From NCBI RefSeq assembly GCF_035254525.1, contig NZ_DATFAN010000137.1, forward strand, positions 23,417 through 87,416: DNA of 64,000 nt, written 5' to 3'. The position numbers and the translations under genes were made by a program. The stretch comes from Ideonella sp. GTDB taxonomy: Bacteria; Pseudomonadota; Gammaproteobacteria; Burkholderiales; Burkholderiaceae_C. The first letter of the stretch is position 1, and each line of letters starts with the position of its first letter. Under the pieces are notes generated by a model, which saw only the letters and a list, made by a program, of their open reading frames with translations, was not told the origin of the DNA and made no database searches. Of this stretch, positions 12,290 through 23,179 are shown piece by piece.

Positions 12290-14533
12290 ATGGGCGGTGT
12301 GATGTCGGCTTTCGGCCGGGTGTGGCGACCCGGCGCGTGGCTGTGGGCCGGTGGTCTGGCGCTGCTGAGCGCGCTGACCGGCTGCGACAACAGCCCGTGG
12401 CCCAAGGGCGCTGCCGAGTCCCAGATGATCCACTCGGCGATGATCGAGAACACGCCGCGCCACCTGGATCCGACGGCGTCGTACTGGTCGAACGACACGC
12501 TGGTCACCTACCAGGTCTACGAGCCGCCCTACGGCTACCACTACCTGAAGCGCCCGTTCGAGCTCGTGCCGAAGTCGGCCGAGCAGGTCGTCGCGCCGAT
12601 GTACTTCGACAAGAACGGCCAGCGCCTGCCCGACGACGCCCCCGGCGACCAGGTCGCCGAGAGCGTGTACGAGGTGCCCATCAAGCGCGGCATCATGTTC
12701 CAGCCGCACCCGGCCTTTGCCAAGGACGAGCAAGGGCAGTACCGCTACCACCACATGAAGCCGGGCGAGGTCGGCGACCGCCGCTCGCCGATGCAATTCG
12801 AGCAGGGCACTCGCGAGCTGGTGGCCGACGACTTCGTCTACGCGCTCAAGCGCCACGCGACGACCCGCATCACGACTCCGATCTTCGGCATCTTCTCCGA
12901 GTACGTCGTGGGCCTGAAGGAATACGGCGAGATGGTCAAGAAGGAGGATGCGAAGCTGCGCCAGGGGACGGACCCGGCCAGCCTGGACAAGCCCTTCCTC
13001 GACTTCCGCAAATGGCCGCTGGCCGGCGCCACGGCACCCGAGAAGTATCTGTTGCGCATTCGCCTGAATGGCAAGTACCCGCAGTGGAAGTACTGGATGC
13101 AGATGACCTTCATGGCGCCGGTGCCCTGGGAGGCCGATGCCTTCTACGCCCAGCCCGGCATGGCCGAGCGCAGCATGACGCTGGACAACTGGCCGGTGGG
13201 CACGGGCCCCTTCATGGTCACCGAGTTCGTCAAGGACCGGCGCATCGTGATGAAGCGCAACCCGAACTACCGGGGCGAGCCGTATCCCTGCGAGGGCATG
13301 CCCGGCGACAAGGAGAAGGGCCTGCTCGACGATTGCGGCAAGAAGACGCCGTTCGTCGACGGCATCATCGCGACCGTCGAACGCGAATCCACGCCCCAGC
13401 GCAACAAGTTCCGCGACGGCTACTACGACCTGGAGGTTTTCGAGCGCACGGACACCGGCATCTACTACCTGACCGAAGCCGTCGATTCCGAAGAGGTGCG
13501 CGAGGCCTACGCGAAGAAGGGTTTCACGTTCCCGAAATACAGCGACGTCAACAGCTATTTCATCGCCTTCAACATGATCGACCCGGTGATCGGCTGGGGT
13601 GAGAACGACGCGCAGCGCGAGCGCAATCGAAAGTTGCGCCAGGCGATCACGATTGCGCTCGACTGGGACGAGTACTCCAAGGTCTTCCCGAAGAAGGCCG
13701 GTGTCACCGCGATGAGCCTGCTGCCCGAGGGCATTCCCGGCTCGCGTGAGGGCACCCCGGAGGGGGTCAACCCCGTGACCCACCGCCTGGTCGACGGCAA
13801 GTACGTGCGCCGCCCGATCGAGGACGCGAAGAAGTTGATGGTCGAGGCCGGCTACCCCGACGGGCGCGAAGCCACGAGCGGCAAGCCGCTGGTCCTCAAC
13901 TACGACTTCTATGCGCCGCCTACGCCCGAGCGCAAGCCCGAGATCGACTGGGTTGTCAAGCAGTTCGCCAAGCTGGGCATCCAGCTCGAGGTGCGCGCGA
14001 CCGACAACAACCAGTTCCAGGACAAGGTACGCAAGGGCAAGCACCAGGTGTTCTGGCTGGGTTGGAATGCCGACTACCCGGATGCCGAGAACTTCCTGTT
14101 CCTGTTCTACGGCCCGAACGCAAAGAGCGTTTCCGATGGCGAGAACACGTCCAACTACATGAACCCCGAGTTCGACAAGCTGTTCGCCCAGTTGAAGACG
14201 ATGGACGATGGCCCCGCCAAGCAGGTGATCATCGACAAGATGAACGACATCCTGCGCCGCGATGCGCCGCTGAGCTTCGGTTTCTACCCGTACGCTTCGG
14301 CGGCGGTGCAGCAGTGGGTGACGAACTCGAAGCCGGCGATCCTGATCCGCGACCACGGCCGCTACCTCAAGCTCGACAGTGCCAAGCGTGCCTCGATGCT
14401 GGCCGAATGGAACCGGCCGGTCTGGTGGCCGGTGACGCTCATCATTGCGGTGATCGCCGCGGGCGTGCTGATCGCTCGCAACAGCTTGCGCCGCCGCGAG
14501 CGCATGAACGCGCGCGGCGAGATCCTGGTCTGA
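12290..14533 (+). CDS. ABC transporter substrate-binding lipoprotein, family 5 (peptide/Opp-like), with C-terminal TM helix
   Basis: Lipobox LTG-C-D, PVGTGPF, GWNADYPDAENFL; hydrophobic C-terminal segment. Start at 12290 (GGGAG upstream) or 12302. Confidence 0.88.
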   Translation: MGGVMSAFGRVWRPGAWLWAGGLALLSALTGCDNSPWPKGAAESQMIHSAMIENTPRHLDPTASYWSNDTLVTYQVYEPPYGYHYLKRPFELVPKSAEQVVAPMYFDKNGQRLPDDAPGDQVAESVYEVPIKRGIMFQPHPAFAKDEQGQYRYHHMKPGEVGDRRSPMQFEQGTRELVADDFVYALKRHATTRITTPIFGIFSEYVVGLKEYGEMVKKEDAKLRQGTDPASLDKPFLDFRKWPLAGATAPEKYLLRIRLNGKYPQWKYWMQMTFMAPVPWEADAFYAQPGMAERSMTLDNWPVGTGPFMVTEFVKDRRIVMKRNPNYRGEPYPCEGMPGDKEKGLLDDCGKKTPFVDGIIATVERESTPQRNKFRDGYYDLEVFERTDTGIYYLTEAVDSEEVREAYAKKGFTFPKYSDVNSYFIAFNMIDPVIGWGENDAQRERNRKLRQAITIALDWDEYSKVFPKKAGVTAMSLLPEGIPGSREGTPEGVNPVTHRLVDGKYVRRPIEDAKKLMVEAGYPDGREATSGKPLVLNYDFYAPPTPERKPEIDWVVKQFAKLGIQLEVRATDNNQFQDKVRKGKHQVFWLGWNADYPDAENFLFLFYGPNAKSVSDGENTSNYMNPEFDKLFAQLKTMDDGPAKQVIIDKMNDILRRDAPLSFGFYPYASAAVQQWVTNSKPAILIRDHGRYLKLDSAKRASMLAEWNRPVWWPVTLIIAVIAAGVLIARNSLRRRERMNARGEILV

Positions 14534-14558
14534 CTCGGGCTGCGGCCCAGCTTCCAAC

Positions 14559-15542
14559 ATGCTGTCCTATACCTTGCGCCGCCTGCTCTATGGCGTGCTG
14601 ATCCTGCTGGGCGTGAACCTGGCGACCTTCTTCCTCTTCTTCACCGTCAACACGCCCGACGACATGGCCCGCCTGAACATCGGCGGCAAACGGGTCACCC
14701 AGCAACTGATCGAGAAGTGGAAGACCGAGCGTGGCTACGACAAGCCGTTGTACTGGAACGAGAAAGAGCAGGGCAGCGGGAAGCTGACCGACACGATCTT
14801 CTGGGAGCGATCGGTCTCGCTGTTCACACTGAACTTCGGCCGGGCCGACAGCGAGGCCGGTGGCGACCTGGGCCATGAGGTCGCCACGCGCATGTGGGTC
14901 AGCATCCAGCTGGCCCTGCCGATCTTTCTCTTGCAGGTGATATCAAGCACCAGCTTCGCCCTGCTGCTCGTGATGTTCAGGCACACCAAGCTCGACCTGT
15001 GGGGGGTGGTGCTGTGTGTGCTGATGCTGTCGATCTCGAGCCTGTTCTACATCATCGTCGGGCAGTACCTGTTCTCTCGGGTGCTGAAGCTGGTGCCGAT
15101 CTCGGGTTACGCAGGTGGCCTCGATCTGGTTCGTTTCCTGATCCTTCCAGTGATGCTGTCGGCACTGGCGCGGTTGGGCACCGAGGCTCGGCTGTACCGG
15201 GCGATGTTCCTCGAGGAGATCGGCAAGGACTACGTTCGCACGGCGCGCGCCAAGGGCCTGCGTGAAACGGTCGTGCTGTTCCGCCACGTGCTGCGCAATG
15301 CGCTGATCCCGATCATCACCAGCATGGGCGGCTACTTGCCGTACGTCTTCATGGGCAGCCTGGTGTTCGAGAGCTTCTTCGGCATCCCGGGGCTCGGCGC
15401 CTACGTGATCGAGGCGATCGGCAAGCAGGATTTCGCGATCGTTCGCACGATGGTCTTCGTGGGTTCGCTGCTCTACATCGCGACCTACATCCTGATCGAC
15501 ATTGCCTACTCGTGGGCCGATCCCCGCGTGCGCCTGGCCTGA
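14559..15542 (+). CDS. Peptide ABC transporter permease (OppB/DppB-like)
   Basis: EAA loop DYVRTARAKGL...VLFRHVLRNA and ESFFGIPGLG motifs. Confidence 0.92.
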   Translation: MLSYTLRRLLYGVLILLGVNLATFFLFFTVNTPDDMARLNIGGKRVTQQLIEKWKTERGYDKPLYWNEKEQGSGKLTDTIFWERSVSLFTLNFGRADSEAGGDLGHEVATRMWVSIQLALPIFLLQVISSTSFALLLVMFRHTKLDLWGVVLCVLMLSISSLFYIIVGQYLFSRVLKLVPISGYAGGLDLVRFLILPVMLSALARLGTEARLYRAMFLEEIGKDYVRTARAKGLRETVVLFRHVLRNALIPIITSMGGYLPYVFMGSLVFESFFGIPGLGAYVIEAIGKQDFAIVRTMVFVGSLLYIATYILIDIAYSWADPRVRLA

Positions 15543-15550
15543 CGGAGTTC

Positions 15551-17005
15551 ATGGTGATGCCGAAGTTTGTGATGTTGTGGACCGACGTGGCCATCTGGCT
15601 GCTGGTCATTGCGATGGTGGCTTATGGCTGGGCGGTCTCGCGCAAGGCCAATCTGGCTGCCAACTGGGGCAAGGTGTTCCGCAGTGCGCCGGCGCTTGCG
15701 TCGTCGCTGGTGCTGCTGGCCTGCCTGCTGGTCACGCTGTTCGACAGCGTGCACTTTCGCGCGATGCTGCCGCCGGCTGCGGGTGCCCCGGCGGGCAGCG
15801 TGGCCTACGACGTGCGCGTGCAGTCGCTGCTCGACAGGGCCCTGGCGCGAGTCGTGCAATCGCGCGAATCCACCTACTCGCGGCCGTTGGACTACGTCAG
15901 TTTCACCAAGGAATCCCAAGAGATCAACGGTGAGGTGCAGCGCGTGGCGCCGCGCCTGAATTTCGGCGGGGCACACCTGAAGGACCCGGCCAGCCAGTGG
16001 GCCGGCGATGTAGCGAAACGCATCGTCATGGGACTGGCCGGCGGAGCCGCCGGGGCGGCCGTGCTGAGCGCGCTGCTGCTGCTGGCTGTCGCGCGCGGCC
16101 GGCGCGAGGCCATGTCGGTCACCCTGGCCAAGGTTCGGCGCGCCGAAACCCCCGTGCCGTGGATGACGGCGGTCTGGACGCTCTTCGGGCTCGGGCTGGC
16201 CATCGGCGTGCTGGTTTCCCTGATGGGCCACTACCACGTGTTCGGCACCGACATCACGGGCAACGACGTGATGTACCAGACGCTCAAGAGCATCCGCACC
16301 GCGTTCGTGATCGGCACCTTGGCCACGCTGGCCACGCTGCCGCTGGCGGTGGTGCTGGGCATCATGGCCGGCTACCTGAAGGGCTGGGTCGACGAAGTGA
16401 TCCAGTACCTCTACACGGTGCTGTCGTCGATCCCGAACATCCTGTTGATCGCGGCTTGCGTGCTGATGGTGCAGGTGTTCCTCGACAAGCACCCCGAGCT
16501 GTTCGAAACCGGCGTCGAGCGTGCCGACCTGAAGCTGTTCCTGCTGTGTGCGGTGCTGGGGCTCACCGGCTGGGCGGGCCTGTGCCGGCTGCTGCGCGGC
16601 GAGACCCTGAAGCTGCGCGAGCTCGAATTCGTGCAGGCGGCCAATGCATTCGGCGTTGGCCCGGGGCGGATCATGATCCGCCACATCTTCCCGAACGTCG
16701 CGCACCTGATGCTGATCGTGACGGTGCTCGAGTTCTCGGCGCTCATCCTCTACGAAGCCGTGCTGTCCTACGTCGGGGTCGGCGTGGACCCGTCGATGAA
16801 CAGCTTTGGCGGAATGATCAATTTCGCGCGCAACGAGATGAGCCGCGACCCGGTGGTCTGGTGGCCGTTCGCCGCTGCGTTCATCTTCATGGTCACGCTG
16901 GTGCTGGCCGCCAACCTGTTTGCCGACGGGGTGCGCGACGCTTTCGATCCGCGCGCGCGCATCTTCCGCCCGCGGCCGATCACCCACCAGAAGAAGCCCG
17001 CCTGA
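15551..17005 (+). CDS. Peptide ABC transporter permease (OppC/DppC-like, long form)
   Basis: FGTDITGNDV, EFVQAANAFG...IMIRHIFPN and NLFADGVRDAFDPR motifs. Confidence 0.9.
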   Translation: MVMPKFVMLWTDVAIWLLVIAMVAYGWAVSRKANLAANWGKVFRSAPALASSLVLLACLLVTLFDSVHFRAMLPPAAGAPAGSVAYDVRVQSLLDRALARVVQSRESTYSRPLDYVSFTKESQEINGEVQRVAPRLNFGGAHLKDPASQWAGDVAKRIVMGLAGGAAGAAVLSALLLLAVARGRREAMSVTLAKVRRAETPVPWMTAVWTLFGLGLAIGVLVSLMGHYHVFGTDITGNDVMYQTLKSIRTAFVIGTLATLATLPLAVVLGIMAGYLKGWVDEVIQYLYTVLSSIPNILLIAACVLMVQVFLDKHPELFETGVERADLKLFLLCAVLGLTGWAGLCRLLRGETLKLRELEFVQAANAFGVGPGRIMIRHIFPNVAHLMLIVTVLEFSALILYEAVLSYVGVGVDPSMNSFGGMINFARNEMSRDPVVWWPFAAAFIFMVTLVLAANLFADGVRDAFDPRARIFRPRPITHQKKPA

Positions 17006-17018
17006 GGCCCTGCCCGCC

Positions 17019-18875
<1,857 letters not shown>

Positions 18876-18928
18876 TTGATTATCTAGGGAAGGGTTAACG
18901 CTAGATTTTACTGACCTAACAGGCGAGT

Positions 18929-18970
18929 GAAGCGGTCCGGCGCGCGAGCGTACGGGCCGCTTCGTTTTTT
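18929..18970 (+). terminator. Rho-independent terminator of the ABC operon
   Basis: GAAGCGGTCCG...CGGGCCGCTTC stem followed by GTTTTTT. Confidence 0.8.
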
Positions 18971-19158
18971 GGCGCCCGGAGCATCGGTCGAGCTATTGAC
19001 TAGACAAGTTGATCTTCGCTGACGAAGTTGCTGCGTAAACACAACAGACTCCCCTCCAAAACGGGCCTAGAGGGTTTCCCGGGAGCGGGGCCAGAAAAGG
19101 GTTCAGTGACAATCCGGACACATGTTTTTGAGGTGAGTACATCCTGGCTTCACAAGAC

Positions 19159-19174
19159 CGGCATGTGACTTGCT
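19159..19174 (+). promoter_or_regulatory. Candidate sigma-54 (-24/-12) promoter of the TonB-dependent receptor
   Basis: CGGCATG-TGAC-TTGCT versus consensus TGGCACG-N4-TTGCW; exact GG-N10-GC spacing; AGGAG RBS at 19211-19215. Confidence 0.55.
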
Positions 19175-19223
19175 TCGAAGCAGGGTCTATCGATCAACCT
19201 TCCCTTACTCAGGAGTGGTACGT

Positions 19224-22142
19224 ATGTTCCAGAAAACAAAGCTCTGCACGAGCTTGCTGCTCGCCTTCAGTGGCGGGATGATCCTGGCGTCCGGCTCGGC
19301 CTCCGCGCAAGAGCGCGTCGAGATCACGGGTTCGCGCATCAAGACCGTTCAGACCGAAGGCACGTCGCCGGTGGTCGTGCTGGGCAAGGAAGCAATTCAG
19401 CTCGAGGGCGTGCGCAACGCCGAGCAACTGCTGAACAACCTGCCGCAGGTCTTCGCCGATCAGGGCGGCAGCGTGTCGAACGGCGCAACGGGTACTGCGA
19501 CCGTCAACCTGCGCAACCTCGGCTCGAACCGGACTCTGGTCCTGGTCAACGGCCGCCGCCTGCCTGGCGGGAGCCCGCGCGATATTTCCACTGACTTGAA
19601 CCAGATTCCGGTTTCGCTGATCAAGCGCGTCGAAATCCTGACCGGTGGTGCCTCGGCCATTTACGGTTCTGACGCCGTGGCGGGTGTGGTGAACTTCATC
19701 CTCGACGACAAGTTCGAGGGCGTTCAGATCGACCTGAACCATGAGTTCTACAACCACCAGCAGCACGCGTCCCAGGGCATCAAGGACGCCAACGCGGCCC
19801 GCCAATTCGCGCTGCCGGGCGACAAGGGCGCCGATGGCAAGGTCACCGACTTCAACTTGACCTTGGGCGGGAACTTCGCCGACGGCAAGGGCAATGCGGT
19901 CCTGTTCTTCGCCCACAAGACGGAAGACGCGTTGCGTGAGGACCAGCGGGACTTCTCGAACTGCGCGCTGCTCGCCGTTGGCGGGCAATGGACGTGCGGC
20001 GGTTCGTCAACTGCCTACCCCGGCCGGTTCATCGACCTTGCCGAAGACGGTGGTGACTGGAACCTGGGCCCCGACGGCGCTCCCCGTCCCTGGGTGGGCT
20101 CGCGCGATCAATACAACTACGCACCGTCCAACTACTTCCAGCGACCGTCTGATCGCTACAGTGTCCAGGCGCTGGCGCACTATGATCTAGCCGATTACGC
20201 GCGTGTCTACGGTGAGTTCTCGTTCCACGACGATCACACCGTGGCTCAAATTGCCCCGAGCGGCATCTTCCTCGGTGGCTTCGTGACCACGGTCGACTAC
20301 GACAACCCACTGTTGTCCGATGCCTGGAAGGCTGCGCTGAATCTGACCGCTTCGGGCGACACCGCTGATCTGTTCATCGGTCGACGCAACGTCGAAGGCG
20401 GCGGTCGGCAGGACGACATTCGCCACAGTTCCTACCGCGGCGTGATCGGCGTCAAGGGCGACATCAATGACGCATGGAGCTATGACGTGTCGGCCCTGGT
20501 CGGCAAGGTGCTCTACCAGGAAACCTACAAGAACGACTTCTCCAACACGCGCCTGCTGCGCGCCTTGGACGTGGTCGACGACGGCGCGGGCAACGCGGTC
20601 TGCCGCTCGGCCCTCGATGGCACCGACCCGAACTGTGTGCCGTACAACATCTGGTCGATCGGCGGCGTGACGCCGCAGGCGCTAGCCTACCTGCAGACGC
20701 CGGGGTTCCAAAAGGGCTTCACGTCGACCGAAGTGATTTCGGCTTCCGTCAACGGTGACCTGACGGGTTATGGTGTGAAGACGCCGTGGGCCAAGTCCGG
20801 TCTCGGCGTGGCGCTCGGTGTCGAGCACCGCACCGAAGAGATGGACCTCAGCACCGACACCGCGTTCACCACCGGCGACCTGGCCGGCCAAGGTGGCCCG
20901 ACGATCGGCGTGGGCGGCGCGTTTGACGTGACCGACGTCTTCACCGAAATGCGCATGCCGCTGATCGAGAAGGCTCCGTTCGCCGAACTGCTGGCGCTCA
21001 ATGCGAGCTACCGCTATTCGGACTACAGCACTGGCAAGAAGACGAGCACCTGGGGTGTGGGCGTCGAATGGGCTCCGATGAACGAGTTCAAGGTTCGTGC
21101 CAGCGCCCAGCGCGCTTCGCGCGCCGCCAACATCATCGAACTGTTCTCGCAGGCGGCTCTGGGTCTTTATGACAACGAGACAGGTGATCCTTGTGCCGGT
21201 GACTTCGACGCCGGGACGTCCACTCCGCCACCAACCGCGACAGCTGAACAGTGCGCCCGCACCGGGGTGTCAGCGGCGCAGTACGGTCACATTCGTGGAA
21301 ACCCGGCCGGTCAGTACAACGCCATCTTTGGTGGCAACGCGAACCTTTCGCCGGAAACCTCGAAGAGCTGGACCGTCGGCTTCGTGGTCAATCCGATCAG
21401 GGACATGAACCTGACCCTGGATTGGTTCCACATCCGTGTCGATGACATCATCGGCAACATCCCGGCCACGAGCATCCTGAACCAGTGTCTGGAGACCGGC
21501 GATTCGTTCTACTGCAACTTGGTGCACCGCAGCAGCCTGACCGGTGATCTGTGGACGGGTACGCCGCCGGATGGTGGCTTCATCGTTGCCACGAACAGCA
21601 ACCTGTCGTTCAAAGAGACCGAAGGCTTCGACGTCGGCGCCGACTACCAGCTCCGGCTGGAAGGTATGGGGCGCATTGACTTCACCTTCAAGGGCACGTT
21701 GCTGAGCAAATTCGAGGCGGAGGACGCCCCGGGATTCGGCTCCTACGACTGCGCTGGCTACTACGGCGGCACCTGCGGAACGCCGGCACCCAAGTGGCGG
21801 CACTCGCTGCGCACGACCTGGCGCTCGCCGTGGAACCTGGACCTGTCTCTGAACTGGCGCTACATCGATTCGGTGAAGAACGAAGGGATGAGTTCGAACC
21901 CGTTGCTGAACGGCGAAGTCGACCCGCTGGTCGCGAAACTGAAGTCCATCAGCTATTTCGACGTGGGTGCTTCGTACAAGGCGACGAAGAACATCACGTT
22001 GTCTGCCGCGATCAACAACATCCTCGACACCGACCCGCCGATCCGCAACAACGGTGCTGGCTTCACGAACGGCAACACCTACCCGGTGGTGTACGACGCC
22101 CTGGGTCGTCGCGTTTCGCTGACGCTGAACGCAAAGTTCTGA
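19224..22142 (+). CDS. Large TonB-dependent outer-membrane receptor with five cysteine pairs
   Basis: Signal peptide, TonB box (ERVEITGS), plug motifs (VNLRNLGSNRTLVLVNGRR, RVEILTGGASAIYGSDAVAGVVNFI), C-terminal Phe (LNAKF). Confidence 0.95.
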   Translation: MFQKTKLCTSLLLAFSGGMILASGSASAQERVEITGSRIKTVQTEGTSPVVVLGKEAIQLEGVRNAEQLLNNLPQVFADQGGSVSNGATGTATVNLRNLGSNRTLVLVNGRRLPGGSPRDISTDLNQIPVSLIKRVEILTGGASAIYGSDAVAGVVNFILDDKFEGVQIDLNHEFYNHQQHASQGIKDANAARQFALPGDKGADGKVTDFNLTLGGNFADGKGNAVLFFAHKTEDALREDQRDFSNCALLAVGGQWTCGGSSTAYPGRFIDLAEDGGDWNLGPDGAPRPWVGSRDQYNYAPSNYFQRPSDRYSVQALAHYDLADYARVYGEFSFHDDHTVAQIAPSGIFLGGFVTTVDYDNPLLSDAWKAALNLTASGDTADLFIGRRNVEGGGRQDDIRHSSYRGVIGVKGDINDAWSYDVSALVGKVLYQETYKNDFSNTRLLRALDVVDDGAGNAVCRSALDGTDPNCVPYNIWSIGGVTPQALAYLQTPGFQKGFTSTEVISASVNGDLTGYGVKTPWAKSGLGVALGVEHRTEEMDLSTDTAFTTGDLAGQGGPTIGVGGAFDVTDVFTEMRMPLIEKAPFAELLALNASYRYSDYSTGKKTSTWGVGVEWAPMNEFKVRASAQRASRAANIIELFSQAALGLYDNETGDPCAGDFDAGTSTPPPTATAEQCARTGVSAAQYGHIRGNPAGQYNAIFGGNANLSPETSKSWTVGFVVNPIRDMNLTLDWFHIRVDDIIGNIPATSILNQCLETGDSFYCNLVHRSSLTGDLWTGTPPDGGFIVATNSNLSFKETEGFDVGADYQLRLEGMGRIDFTFKGTLLSKFEAEDAPGFGSYDCAGYYGGTCGTPAPKWRHSLRTTWRSPWNLDLSLNWRYIDSVKNEGMSSNPLLNGEVDPLVAKLKSISYFDVGASYKATKNITLSAAINNILDTDPPIRNNGAGFTNGNTYPVVYDALGRRVSLTLNAKF

Positions 22143-22170
22143 TCTGAACCGGCGGTTACCGGTCACAAGG

Positions 22171-22204
22171 AAAAGGGGACGCCATGGGCGCCCCCTTTTT
22201 TTTT
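22171..22204. terminator. Bidirectional intrinsic terminator between the receptor and the sulfotransferase-like gene
   Basis: AAAAGGGGACGCC-ATG-GGCGCCCCC-T9, with an A-tract on the left and a T-tract on the right. Confidence 0.85.
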
Positions 22205-22219
22205 GCGGGGCATGGCCCC

Positions 22220-23176
22220 TCAGGCCGTGGGCGACATTCTGTCAATCAGCCGGGCGTATGCCGGCCTGGCGATCTCGTCAATGGCCCGGCGCAGTTCGGG
22301 CGTGGCCTCGGCACGCTTGCGTTCACCGTCCGGAACGAACACGTCGGTTGGCCGACCGACCTGCGACTTCGAGTGGTGTCGAGACGCGATCATCATGGTT
22401 TGCCTGGAAGCATCGGCAACAGGCAAACCAAAGTGAGCTGCCAGGCGGTTCCACACCGCATCCGGCAGCGATTCATAAGGCATCAGTACGCCTCGTGTCG
22501 GATCGAGTCGGCCTGCGGCATCGCAGAACGCCGCGAAGACGCTGGCCAATTCGTGTTCGGCAGTTCGTGGCTCGACGCCGGGAGCGACGAATCCCGAGAA
22601 CAACGCCGCGTACCGGTCGCGCAACCAACCTGGCTGGCGCTGCTGCAGCGATACACAGACTTCGAGCGGATCACGGATGCACAGTGCCCATGGCGTTCGA
22701 GGGAAGGCCTCAGCCACGATGTCGCAGAAGAGCGTGTTCCAGCTCGAGAGCTTGAGCACATAGGGCGACCCTGCGTGCACGGCAAAGTGATGACCGACGG
22801 TGCGTAATGCCGCCACCAATTCATCGCGTGTTCCGGCGTGTGGAGGAACGAGCAGTTCGCTGACCGCCAGGGGCTCGGAGTAGACGACCGACTCTCCCCG
22901 CAGTTTCAGCAACTGGGAAACGAGCGTCGATCCGCAGCGTGCAACGTGGAAGATCACGCCCGCCGGGGCGGTGGAGGAGAGCGGCCGACCCAGTTGCGAC
23001 TTCGGCACATGGATCACAGAGTGCGTGGCTCGCAGGCGGAGTACCGTGTCCTGCAGGAAAGGGTCGCGCAGTTCATCGCGCGCAATATCGACAAGCGCAA
23101 GGTGCAGGCCTGTCGCATCGAGTGCCGATCGTGCGGGCAGGCCCGGCGAGTCGGGGGCAGGCATCAGCGGGGCCAT
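22220..23176 (-). CDS. Sulfotransferase-fold (PAPS-binding) protein of unknown specificity
   Basis: 5'-PSB-like FHVARCGSTLVSQLL, SEP, LKLSSW and 3'-PB-like IRDPLEVCVS; no signal peptide. Confidence 0.7.
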   Translation of the reverse strand: MAPLMPAPDSPGLPARSALDATGLHLALVDIARDELRDPFLQDTVLRLRATHSVIHVPKSQLGRPLSSTAPAGVIFHVARCGSTLVSQLLKLRGESVVYSEPLAVSELLVPPHAGTRDELVAALRTVGHHFAVHAGSPYVLKLSSWNTLFCDIVAEAFPRTPWALCIRDPLEVCVSLQQRQPGWLRDRYAALFSGFVAPGVEPRTAEHELASVFAAFCDAAGRLDPTRGVLMPYESLPDAVWNRLAAHFGLPVADASRQTMMIASRHHSKSQVGRPTDVFVPDGERKRAEATPELRRAIDEIARPAYARLIDRMSPTA

Positions 23177-23179
23177 CGG

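Noticed and set aside
19071-19079. 9-mer AGGGTTTCC shared (as reverse complement) with 12131-12139 upstream of the ABC operon
   Set aside because: A 9-bp match between two intergenic regions of this size is expected by chance.
18876-19223. Possible RiPP precursor ORF or riboswitch upstream of the receptor
   Set aside because: Manual translation gave only tiny or unconvincing ORFs (MFLR, MCPDCH, and a ~50-aa minus-strand ORF without RBS). I saw no cobalamin or TPP riboswitch core. A precursor elsewhere in the genome is not excluded.
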